A stretch of DNA of 64,000 nucleotides from assembly GCA_012295275.1 (NCBI GenBank), contig CM022669.1, positions 12,152,001-12,216,000 of the forward strand. Reading direction: 5' to 3'. The DNA is from Chrysomallon squamiferum. Taxonomy: Eukaryota > Animalia > Mollusca. This document shows positions 25,001 to 37,937 of this stretch, in pieces (position 1 is the stretch's first letter; every line of letters begins with the position of its first letter). The notes under the pieces are model-generated. The model was not told where the DNA came from. It worked only from the letters and a program-made list of their open reading frames with translations, and made no database searches. The translations under genes were made by a program, and so were the position numbers.

Positions 25001-28000
25001 TGCTGAAACGTACATGTATAATTATTCTAATATTTAATTTTTCTTTGTGTATATAATTATGTGTATCCATTTTCATGCAATATTAATGTGAGTGTGTACA
25101 TAAATTTACTTATACAAATATGTATATAGGTATGTATATGTATATATATTTGTATAAGTAAGTATTTTGAATTTTCCTGGCCATACATGGTGCTGTGGAT
25201 GTAACTGCAAAATAAAACTATTTAATGAATGCAATATATTACGATGAAGTTTTAAAAACAATCTAAATATATGCAATGTATATTTTTTTCTTTCTTGCTT
25301 TTCTTTTCCCCCCATTTTTCTTTGCCTGTGTTATGTATGTGATAAATGAATAAGTTATTATTTTTTTTTAATGTTATTTTTTGACTGGATGATAAATGGA
25401 ATTTGATTGGTTGGATTTGGGTTTCAGCCTTTTTGAATGTCTTTTGATTGGATAAATTGATATTTTAAACCTTTAACATGATTGTGATATTTATTTGAAA
25501 ACTGACTGTTATGAACGTTACCACAGAACACAGGAACCCAAACCTGACCTTCTACATTTATTATTGTTTGTCTCCAGATATGTAGCAAGCAAATAAATTG
25601 ATTTTAATAACAGATTTTATCCTAAAGTATTTTATTCTATTGTAATGTGAAGTAGAAATCATTCTTCTTCTTCTTCTTCATTTGAATAATTTCTTTACAT
25701 CTTTTCCCCCCATACATATTTGATGTACCTTTTTAGTTATAAATTTAGAAGTATTTTCTGCATAAATGAAATGTTTTTATGACGTTTTGAAGAATTTATC
25801 GAGGTTGTTAATGTTGGTTCTAAACTCGGAAGAATTACAGCAATGTGCAAGTGTAGTCATATATTTATGCCTTTCTGTGCGAGTGTATGTATGAATACAA
25901 AGTGAATTCTTATCATTCCATTGTTGTAATAAAACTTGCTGAAAAAGCTTAACTGAATGCAGATATTTTTCTTTGATGTGGAATAAAGCCCCGAAAGATA
26001 AAAATATAGTCTAAAATTATATAAATTTTGTGCCATGTGGTCTTTAGCAAATGGCTGATGTTTGCAGTAATTGTATAATGTGATTAGGCTGACATTCCAT
26101 TTTTGTTTGTTCTATTATGGGCAAGATTGTTCACAATGCGAAGATAATATCGATATTTTCCACTCTGTAGAATTCTGTTCACAAAGTTGTTATTTGCAGG
26201 CTTGCTATAACTTATTAATTTATTTATCTGGGCATTAAATTTCAGAAATTACTTTGGTATTTTGGCTGGTGAAAAGGTTTAAAAAAATTTAATACGATTA
26301 TAAGAACCAATAGTAGGTCTGTTACGGCTATGAAATTAATGGTACAAAATAATGCTACAAAACAAACTGTAATTGTTTTAATTTTTAGTTCCCCCTGATT
26401 GATGCATGTATTTTAGTGAAGGTCCTGCCTTTAATGAAACAAATGAATCTGGCATGACTTGTTTTGTGTGTTAAACGTGCATGTGTGAATGAACGTCGTA
26501 CATCATTTTGCTCGTTTATGTTAACAGAGTTTGCAGTGACTTGCTGACAGTATGAAAGGATTGTTTCACTTTTTAATTTTTTGTGTTTTTCTTTATTTAA
26601 TGTTTTTGTTCTACAAACCAAATCAGTTCCGATGAATCTTAAGTTATGATGTTGAAGTTCTTTTGTCAGAGGTGATGAATTGACACTGAATTGGTGTAAG
26701 ACATTTTACTCAAATATTTTGCTTATTTGTACCTGTATAATTTTAAATATCAAATTACCTATATGCTGTCCATGTGTCAAAATATACCAATACACATTTC
26801 TCTTCACTAGTTTCATTCAAATTTTTATTTTTTTTTATTTTTAAAAATTTGATTCTTAAGCATTATAAAAAGATATTTGTAAATTAATGGTTAAATATGT
26901 GACAGAACCACACAGATGAAACTAATGCTTAGTTAAACCACGTTTTTTAAAAACACTTTAAAAAAAAAAAAAAATTGATATATATAATTTTATCAAGTTA
27001 CAATTAAAGAATAGCAAGTCTTAATTTTTTTACAAATATTTTGTAACTTTAACAATAATAAAGCAAATATATATATATATATTAAATCTCAGTAATTATA
27101 TATCAACATTTAAAGAATAAAACTGCTGATCCTGGTGTAGTAGGTGAAAAAAATATATTATTTTAAATTTTATTAATAAAACAAATTTGGTTTTATTATT
27201 TGCTAATAACAGCTGTGCACACTCAGTGTACAATATTTAATTAAATAAAACATGGACGTAATTTTATTTATTCAGTTATGTCACATTATTTTCTAATAAT
27301 TCAGTACAAATATTTTCTTTCTTTCTTTTTGAAATGTTTTTATTTTATTGCAGAAATTTGTGTTGGTACTGGTGAAGTTTTATGTGTTGTTGGTATATCA
27401 TGACTCAAAATCCTTGATTAATTGTTTCATATAGGACTCTTTTACTTTTGAATATTAATGAGTGTATGAACTCTTCATTCAAACTTATTAAATATAAACA
27501 GGCAATTTTCTTTTTCTTTTTTTTAAAAATAATTTTGTTGTGGGTTAAAAAAAAAAAAAAAAATTAAATTTCTTTTTCAAATTTCACAATATGTAAATTA
27601 TAAACAAAACAAAATTAAAAATTGATTTGAAGAATTTTTAAAAACAAATTTCCCCTATAGTATATTGATAAGTCAGAAATTGATGAATTAAAATGTTAAT
27701 CAACATTCAGTGAAAAAACAGATGTTTGTTGAATTTTATTTATTAGAGTATGACAAATTTAATTTAATCACAGTATCAATCTAACACAATTGCCCATTTT
27801 GATTTTTAATGATCAGTCTGTTTATTAATAATAAGCAACACAAATACTTTGAAACTTCATAATAATTTCTTAATAGTTAAAAACTGTTTTGGCTGTTTAA
27901 TTTGTTATTATTTTGATTTCACATTTCTCAGAAACAACAACAACAAATGCATTGGAAGTCTTAAAAATAAAAATTTTAAAGTTAGGAAAAATAATTAATC

Positions 28001-29511
28001 AAGGATTTTTGGTACCTTTTATTGTTGACAAAGCCGTTCAGATGTAATAATGCAAGGATTTTATTGTGGCATTATCTGAAGCCTAATGCTGTAATGTGGA
28101 CAGAACTGGCAAAAAATATTGATGATGCTCATGAGTGTTTTTTGTGACACATTTTTCCCAAAATAAATATTATTTTCAAACATGATTATCTTTGTTGTGA
28201 TTTTGTTTAAAACTTCAAAAAGTCTTTGATGGTGGGTTTCATTTACCACTACTGCTTTCAATAACTTCTGTCAGGCCATAGTGAATATCAGAAGCTAGCT
28301 TCAAAATGGGTTGAGAACTAACAGAAATAGACACTTAGCTTGAATTCTTGTTAGATGAAAATGGAAAGTTTGAAAATCTTGACAAAAGATTTTAATACAA
28401 ACCTCTTGTTTTCCTTCTCATTTTTTTATTTTTTAAAAATCTAAAAAAAACACTGATCTGCTTCTGCAGAATGGAAACTTGGTCTGTACTCTGTTAATTG
28501 ATGTTCAAAGGTGTGTTTACAACCAAAGAATTTTGGTTAGTGTTCAATACAATCTCTCTGTTAAATTATATAATATCACCATTAAATTAACTTGGATACA
28601 AATAAAATTATCTGTTGATCTGATTACAGATTAAAGCACTGTTTTTGTGGTAGGTTTACAATTTAAAAGAATATATCCAGATAAGAAAATGCATATCTCA
28701 ATGAAATTAAATATTCCCAGCAAAATCTAGCGTTTGTAATTATCAAAATATTTTATATATCTGTGTCATTTTCTCAGAATATTTATTTACCTACTTTTTG
28801 AAAGAAATATTATTTCTGAAGGCCAGTGCTTAATATAATAATAAGAATAAAATCCAGTCTAGAATGTTATTAAATACCAAAATGTATACACAACAAATTT
28901 ATATAACTATTTAAAGTTTTTTTTTTTTTTTAAATTGATTAAACCATCTCTCATTCGTACTTAACGTTTTCGTTCCCCCCAAAATTACATTCTAAAAAAG
29001 TATTTTGACTCTGTACCCATATCACATCCATTACTTAATAACGTTTTACTCTGTGATTAGGAAGGTAGACAGATTTACAGATCCCATCCCCTCTCATCTT
29101 AAAATGTATGTTTTTCCCTATGAATCCCACTTTGTAAAACTGTATTTCCAACAAGTCTTTACCTTGCTCAGTTATTACGTACACCTTTTCAGTATTTACT
29201 ATTATTTATTTCCTTATTCATATACTACTGCTTCTCATTCGAATGCTACGCCGCTCATACTGATGTCTATTCTCTTGATTAATTTTTAAATACTATAATA
29301 TTGTAGATTAGATAAATTCAGACAAATTTAAAACAGTTCATGAATTCGTTTTTATCCGTTTCTCATAAAATTATCATATTTATAAATCGCGTTATGTTCC
29401 TCTTTATTTTTGCTCAGAAAAAGTCTCAGTAGTTATAAAATATATAAGACCTACGTATTTTATATTTTTATTACAATATAGCTATACTTCATTTATATTA
29501 AGAAATCATTA

Positions 29512-29550
<39 letters not shown>

Positions 29551-29568
29551 TGATAAATAAGCAATTTA

Positions 29569-29608
29569 TTACGTCAACTATAAATGACGTCATTTCGTTA
29601 CTTATAAA
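29569..29608 (+). promoter_or_regulatory. Candidate DCST2 proximal promoter: variant CRE TTACGTCA (29569-29576), consensus CRE TGACGTCA inside a 14-bp palindrome (29582-29595), TATAAA at 29579 and 29603
   Basis: Motifs read directly, 70-110 nt upstream of the ATG; function is inferred. Confidence 0.5.
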
Positions 29609-29678
29609 TCGAAAGCTGATCTTGGTATATTTTAATTCTTCATCTTGGTGATAAAAAATATCTTAAAGAACAACAAAA

Positions 29679-30565
29679 ATGGTTGAAAATTTGGAGTTTT
29701 GCATGACAATAAAGGAAGATCTCCAAAACATTGCAAAGGCCAAAGAAATGGCCATACGGGAAATGAACGGTCTTCCGCCTATACCTCCTCCTTGGCGTGA
29801 TGAACTTCGGTCCTATATAGTAGACGGGTGTCATGATTTATGCTGTAGTGCTTTCTGCTCCTGTTTTCCGAAAAAACGTCGCAAACTTGTAATGAAAAAA
29901 ATAGAATTGACGTTTTTCGAAAAGCTAAAAACTGAAGGGACATACGAAAATGACGTGTTGAAAAATTTTATAGGATTTTTCGGTGGATTTCTTGTTTCCA
30001 TGTTCATTTTCTATTTCAGTGTTCGTCAGCTTCAACTGAAACTGATGACAGCAACGATCGTAGGTTCCATCGTCGGCTTTTTTTCCTGTCTTGGACTTGC
30101 TTTTAACACGGATTTCAGGTGCATCACGCTGTTGATACTTCCCAACTTCTTTTCAAGCAAAGGTCGCATGTTTCTTATGATGTATGCGACAATTCTGCTC
30201 ATCAACTATCCCATCTTGAACTTCAACCACAATATTATTGTCCTAACGGATAGTGCAACCTGTGCTCAAAGCATGGCAATGAACGAAACTCGAGAACTCA
30301 TAGAGATGGCTAAAGCACCGTTTGCAGGAATGATTAAAGATATAAAAGCTATGCTAGCGGTATGTGTAGAGAAAAAACCCACAACCCCCCCACAATTATC
30401 TAACAACGGATAATTTTAGTAATAGTCCGATGATGGCAACGTAAACTTTCTTTCTTATAATATTTATAAATATTTGTCGTCTGATTAACTTATAATAAAC
30501 AAAACCAAAAACCAGAGGAAAAAAAAAAAATCGAACATAAATATAATATATATCAAGTGTCTGTG

Positions 30566-30641
<76 letters not shown>

Positions 30642-32830
30642 CACACATATGATACATACATAGAGACTCGCACACAAACATTAAGAATGCTGAGATTTTG
30701 TATTATTTTTCAAGCAACGCTTTGATCATATTTCAGGCAATACGTGAATTCGCTGATCGGATAAAAGCTGCATTCAGAGCACTCTGTAACGCCCTAAATG
30801 AAATAAAAGCCGCCATCGTCAGATCGTTTGGCTGGATTAAAAGCATAGCCAAAGAATGCAACAGAATTATGGGCATGCCCTACAGACGATGTATCAGCGG
30901 CTTTGAAGATGCCATGAAACGGTGTCTAGACCAGCTGCCGCCTGTTGTCGAAGCGTTATGTTACGTAATGCCGACTGTAAAGCAAGTGTGCCAGATTGCC
31001 AGGATTGGACAACTCTTCTGTGTCGTCGCTTCCTTCATTCACAGTTTTCTTGCAGGACTATTTGACTTCGATTTCTTCACCATCTACTTCGAATGGAGAG
31101 ATATGTTTTACTTCAACGTAACGCTGGACTACCATTATAACTTCACTACTTACCAATCCAAAACGTATGGTGAGGTTCGCGACGACATTCTGAACGAGAT
31201 CAAAGCTAAACTGGACAAAATGAATACATTCCTAGCTATCACCGACAACCTGATGATGTACACAGCTTTGATGGTTGTAGTCCGCGCTATCCTGTATCGC
31301 CGAAGATACCTCTCGCAGGACAGTTTTGATAATCGCTACCTTACCAGTTACATTCTGAAAATAGACGAAGCTAGATATGCGCTTGGTAAAGAAAGAGCTC
31401 TTCCCTTGAAAAAAGCAGAGAAGCGTATGTATGTTTCATCTCTTACACTGCGGCTCACAGGCAAAGAGTGGAAGAAAATGTTCAAAGGATTTATTTTGTG
31501 GTTCTTTAGTATTATCCATTCATCATTCTTCATGACGTGCGACTACGGTTTGTACTGGTTGCTGTCTCTGATTCAGACGCACATGGAGATCAAGACTCAC
31601 AGCGATCTGCCGCCCCATTTCGCCCTGCACGTGCAGGGAGAGGGTGCTCTGGCAGATATGTACCGAACATTGTTAGGCATTCTTGATCCTACAGGTTCTT
31701 CCGGAATTGAAATCGACACGACCAAATGTCTTCCGAATCCAAGCATTCCAGACCTAGATGTTTACAGAACAATATATTCGATATATTTAACATGTTTGAT
31801 TATGTCCATTTTGGAAGCGTATGGCCTGCGTTTGCGTCACGTAATAGCTGCTTGTTATTATCCAAATCGAGAAAGGGAGCGCGCGATTTGGCTGTATAAT
31901 CACATATTGCTAATGAGAGGCAGCTTCCTCAAATATTCAAGAAGAAAATTAAGGTACCGGAATTGTACGAATAAAGCTCTGACAAGAATAAGTATCCGAA
32001 GTAGGATTATTGCTCAGTTCCCTCTTTTTGGCAGGTTGCTGAAACTCCTAGGTCTGCATAAGAAGAAAGTGTGTCTTTTGTGCGGACGAGAAGGGTCCAT
32101 AGATGATATAGAAAATTTTATTGACTGTTCAACACCATCGTGTACAGCGGTTTATTGCATGGACTGCTACGACGACTTAAAGAATATCTGCACGGTCTGC
32201 ATGAATCCAGTTGATTACGGCGATTTATCTGATATCAGTGAAGAAAAAGATTCCAGCGAAGACGAGGCAGCTATGGCTGAGAGACTGCGAATAGCTAAAG
32301 AAAGACGAGAAAAAATACGCAGAATGAGAGAGCGACGTCGGCCCACTTTTGTGATGGGAACTTTCCAGAGGATGTTAGAAGATGCCGAGAAAGGAGAAGC
32401 CGGCGAAGAAGAAAAAAGCGAATTTTCAGGGGAGGTAACATCGCCTGCGGAGCTAGAAGATATTCCGAGTAGCGACGAAAGTTTCCGAGAAGAATACGAT
32501 ATGTCTTACCAGTTTAAGACCAGTGACGTCAGCGACATTTCCGAAGAAGAGCCGGAATTACCCGAGAAAGAAAAACAGAAGAAAAAAATAGAACGTGTTG
32601 ATATGGAGTTTTTGGATTATATTAGTACTGAGGAATTTGAGAACAGGATGGCCGAGGCCTTCGAGAAAAGTAAAGCAAAACCAATGAAGTGGAAACCTGG
32701 CGAACCTCTAGATCCCAAAGTTCTTGAAAAGTTACCACCAGACATGTTGGAGGCTCTGGGTCCGGATGTCCGCCGAATGTTGATTGAAAGTACTCGACTA
32801 CATCAGGCGCAACAGTCGATAAAGAAATAA
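29679..32830 (+). CDS. DCST2: DC-STAMP domain-containing protein 2 (SPE-42-like sperm fusion factor); join(29679..30359,30737..32830), 924 aa
   Basis: Two long ORFs joined by a phase-0 intron (GCG|gtatgt ... tttcag|GCA). Several hydrophobic segments; motifs LLILPNFFSSKGR, FDNRYLT, DYGLYWLL, RLRHVIAACYYPNRERERAIWLYN; C-terminal 8-Cys RING-like cluster (CLLC, CSTPSC, YCMDC, CTVC) followed by EKDSSEDE. From memory these match DCST2 better than DCST1. The start could be the second ATG at 29703. Confidence 0.9.
30568..30637. repeat. (GA)n microsatellite in the single DCST2 intron
   Basis: Read directly. Confidence 0.95.
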
Positions 32831-33760
32831 TAAATAAAAATAATAATAAATAAATAAATAAAGAAAGAAAGAAAGAAAAAAAAGAAGAAAAAGTAGAGAA
32901 CAAATAAAATGAATAATTAATTTGATAACGTGTGTATGTGTGTATATGTGTGCAAGAGAACGCATTTGTGTATAAGCGTGTATGTATATTGTTCAGGACA
33001 AAGCTTTGTTTTTATAACTAACGTGCAGATACCAAAACGATTTACATGTTAACTTGCTATATAATTTAGTGATAGTAATGCATATAATTAACCATTATTT
33101 CGTAAAATATATTTATTTTTTTTTTTTTTTTTTATCTTGTATACAATGAAGTACGGAATAAAACATTTCAAATGTTTACATATGTTTATGTTTATTAAGT
33201 ATTCATCATACTATTCACACTGTCTTAATTAACTTATACATAAGTAGATTAAAATAATCAGTTATTTTATGAAAATTCAATTAACTGTCTCGTGATCCAT
33301 TAGTGAAAATATATTATTAAAAATAAATAAATAAATAAACCTTTTTTTCTAAAACCAAATAAAAGTTCTGCATTTGTACGGACTAACTAAAACTGCGACA
33401 TTTGAACAAGATATTAAAATTTAATGCAACCTCTTCATAAGACATAATAAAGACGGATATGAAATAACGTTGAATCATACCTGTGTCGCAACTTCTCTCC
33501 ATGAGCAAACACACACATACACGCACGAACATGCATACACATGCACATATTAACATTATTACAATATTTTGCTGCTTGCATAGCCTCATTTTATTAATGT
33601 AAATTGTAAAATATATAAGTATGTGTGTGTGTGTGTGTGTGTGTAATTTATTTATTTATTATTATTTTTTATTATTTTGTATCATATTTTTTTTTTTTTA
33701 AATTTTTAAATTTAATATTTTTTTTTGAGTCGACTAATCTTTCATAATTAATAAATTTAA

Positions 33761-33809
<49 letters not shown>

Positions 33810-34551
33810 TCACTATCGATCTAGAAAATGACACTAACAGGAAATTATAGAGACTAACATTTATATCTAGGTACCAATTTATTATAACTAGATTACCATA
33901 ATACATTTACTATGTGAAATGTTATGTATGAACAAAAAGCATGTATGTAGTTTCTATTAGATATATTTTCAAAAGTTTTATTTATTATGTAAACCACTTT
34001 TATTAATAAAACAAAGAAATCATTAATGAAAAATAAATGATTTAAACATGAGTTTGATCGGAAGATGACAACTTTCTCTTTTATTGGTTCGTCATTTCGA
34101 AAAATTAATAATAATAATAATTCTAACAACAACAGTAAATGAATAAATAATAAAGAAAATATAACTACTAAAGCCATGCAAAACAATAACAAATATATCC
34201 TGTTTCTTTCTCATTTTTTTTTTTTTCATAAATTTATGGTGCATTTAGTTCACAGAATTTGAAATACTTCTATTTTATATATACAATTTTAATATTAAAT
34301 TATATATCTATATATACTGGCTGCCATTTCTGAATAAAAATAAAAATGAAAAAACAGTTAATGTACAAATATATTTACAGAATTGAACATACATTTATCC
34401 GTGCATGGGTGTTTCCAATACTATATAAAAAACTGAACAAAAAACTTAAAATTACTCTGTTTTTTAGTTTTTTTACTTTTATTTTCATCAATTTATAGGA
34501 AACATTACAAACAATATTATAATAATAAAAGAAAAATATTATAGAATCTGA

Positions 34552-34660
<109 letters not shown>

Positions 34661-35704
34661 ACAAAACAAACACAAAATAAGTAAATAATACTAAATAAAT
34701 AAAAAAATTAAAAAATTGTAATAAAACAATAAAAACTGAGAAGAAATCATGTAAAATGTTTCCACTGCACAGCATTGATCACAATCCGAGTATATATTCA
34801 TATATATATATATATATATATATACACAGTATTTGGCACATGAGGGAATTCACAGAGTATAATATTTCAGTATTGCACTCTTATATATTTAAATATATAC
34901 AACTGACAAAAGCAGGTGTGATATATATGATTTCAGCACCTGCAGTATAATAAACAACAATATAGACATATAAATCACATTAATTAATATTTTAAATTAC
35001 AATAAATTCTGGATAATCTCTGTTTTCATCTCTAATCATGAAATCTCATTTAGTTTGATTAATATCAGTTGTCAGGTTATCATTTCTTTTTTGTATGTTG
35101 TTGTTCGCTTTTTGTTTTTGTTTTTGTTTTGTTTATTTTTAGAAAAACAGAACCTAATCTTGGTGAATTTTGTAGCAGGAGAGAACAAGAAATTTTCAAA
35201 ATAATGGTATATTTTTTTCAAAAATCTTCTTATATAATTTGAAGTGAAATCAATAGAAGGTATTTTTTGTAATAACAACATTAAAAATAATCTTTTTCTA
35301 AATGGTGTTTAAATAATCTAAAAAAAAAATATATATACTGCACATATAATATATAACTTACAGTTAAATCTGTAGATAATAACATATCTTTGTTCTATTT
35401 TTTTCTTCTTCTTGCTATTGTTATTGTTATTATTATTATTATTATTATTATTTTATTTTATTTTGTTGGCAAATGTTTTAGTTTTTCTTAATTATTTGTA
35501 AAATTTGGTATTAAGACATTTTTATTTTTTATTTTTATTTATTATATATATATATATATACATGAATTTACACTTCTGTTCAGAATATGTGCGTTTCATC
35601 ATTCTGTAAAATCCACAGTTTTGATCGTTTTTCAGTGATAACTTGTTTTCGCAGATATCCATGCACTGATTTTATTCAAAAAATGATGTCCAATGAAAAC
35701 AAGT

Positions 35705-35788
35705 TCAGCGCAGTGTTTGTAACGTTGCTACTGATGATGCAGCTGAAATTGCTGGTGTTGTGAGAAGACAGGCATATTCATTAAGTGC
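35705..35788 (-). CDS. PTP gene last coding exon ([27 protein letters not shown])
   Basis: ttttag acceptor; completes the final PTP helix (IYM|ALNEY); TGA stop. Confidence 0.8.
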   Translation of the reverse strand, partial: ALNEYACLLTTPAISAASSVATLQTLR

Positions 35789-37728
35789 CTAAAAATATAA
35801 AATAATAACAATGATAATAATAAAAAATACTGCTAATAATAAGAAGAAGGACAACAACAATGATACCAAAATTGTTTGAAAGACTATGTTTAACAATATG
35901 TGTGAAAAGAACAACAGTAATATGAATTAAATATATAATAATAATTTAAAACAAATGTCAAGACAAAAACTAATATCAAAAACAGATATACTGTTGTGTT
36001 TGACAATTAATATTTTAAAAAGTGAATTCGGTATGTTTAACAATATTTGTAAGAAGAAAAACAATAAAATTAATAAAATAATAATCATAAAAACAACAAC
36101 ATCAACAACAATAATATAAATGAAGATAAATAATAACAATAACGATCTAATAAAAATATCAATAACAATTTCATAATAAATGCTTAATATACAACACTTT
36201 TTCTTCCCCCCCCCCAAAAAAGTTACAATTGGTGTTTTTTAAGCAAAATATAATCTGTCTACATATTAAGACTGTTAAACATATATATATATAGCAAGTA
36301 TGTGTATATTTTAAAATAATATCCCTACGAAAACGTGAAAGATTTTTTGAAATACTATTATTTAGTCTCGTCTGAGGGTGCTGCTGTTATTTCTGCTCAC
36401 CATATAAATAAGAGAATACTGTTCTTTTGTCTGTATAACACCAGCTCGCTCCTGTCTCATCTGATGAACACAGCCCAGCACATCCACCAGCCTCTTGTTC
36501 TCCATCTGCCTCATACAAATATCTAGAGTTATCACAGTACCTGTACGACCTGTGCCTGGGCTGAAAAAACAGGAACAATTTTCCAAGATGAAAACTTTAA
36601 ATTATAATGTGAAGCAGAAAAATGGCAGATAATATTTGAAAGAATAGGTTTGGTATGATTACCAAGAAGAAGCAGAAGAACAATAATAATATTAATTCAA
36701 AAAAAAAGAGAAATAACAGTGTCCAAATAAAAAGTAATTTTGTAAAGAAATATGTGGCTGTAGAAAAGCAGTTCATATTTGAAACCGTGGATTTGCCATC
36801 GTCACTGAATTGAATAATAATTTAAAATGGTTGAAAAATAATGTTATAAAGAAATGTGCAAATGACAAATAATATTTGAAAGAATGGATTTGGTGTGTTT
36901 AATAGTATCTGTAAGAAGAAGAACAATATTAAATAAATAAATAAATAAATAATAATAATAATATAACAACATCATCAATAACAACAATCATAATAATAAT
37001 AATAATAATAATAAAGAGATGGCAGTTGAAAAAAATGGCAACTGGTATTTAGCATAATAATTTAAGAATAAGTATAATACTATTAAATAATAACATAAAA
37101 CAGAGCCAAAATAAAGACTAATGTTAAAAAGAGATGTAGAAAATGATAACTAACATTTCAGAGAGTGAATTCAGTATGTTTTAAAATATCTTACAAAAAA
37201 ACAATAAAAAGATTCATTAAATAATCAATAATAAATAATTAAATGAAAAAATAATCATAATAATGAATAAATACAAATATACATTAATAATACAGAATAT
37301 AAATAAAACAAAAATTCCATCATTAAAAATATACTTAAAATAAAATGAGTTATTCAGAAACATGACTGGGAAGAAAAACAAAAAGTACTTCAAGGACCTA
37401 ACGTTTACGATATATATTCTAACACTATCACTCTGTTTGTGTGACTATCATATTTACATCTTCTAAGTTTCTGTCTGTCTGTGTGTCTGGTTGTCTGTAC
37501 ATTTACCTGCAGTGAACAATAAGAGGGGCTCCACTGTCTTCATAATATGGGCGAGTGTCGAGCAAGAATTTAACTAAAGAAATTGGTTCTGGAATTCCGT
37601 GAGTTGGCCAACAGGTGTACCAGAAATGTTTCACTTCCCTCACTAAATTGTTCTGAAAAATGCAAAATACACTTAATATATTTATATTTCAATATTTCTT
37701 TGTTTGTTTGCTTTCTTTATTTATACTG

Positions 37729-37763
<35 letters not shown>

Positions 37764-37906
37764 TATTTTTTTTATGGTTGTCACAACCAACCACTTTATC
37801 TACCAGTATATGTCTGGTAAATAGAAATTCATATATTTTAAAATGTTCATGCTTTAAAATAAAATAATAATAATACTAATAAGAAGAAGAAGAAGAAGAA
37901 GAAGAA

Positions 37907-37937
<31 letters not shown>

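Noticed and set aside
29679-32830. Calling the gene DCST1 or a processed pseudogene
   Set aside because: The motifs fit DCST2 better as recalled; the frame is intact for 924 codons with a canonical intron.
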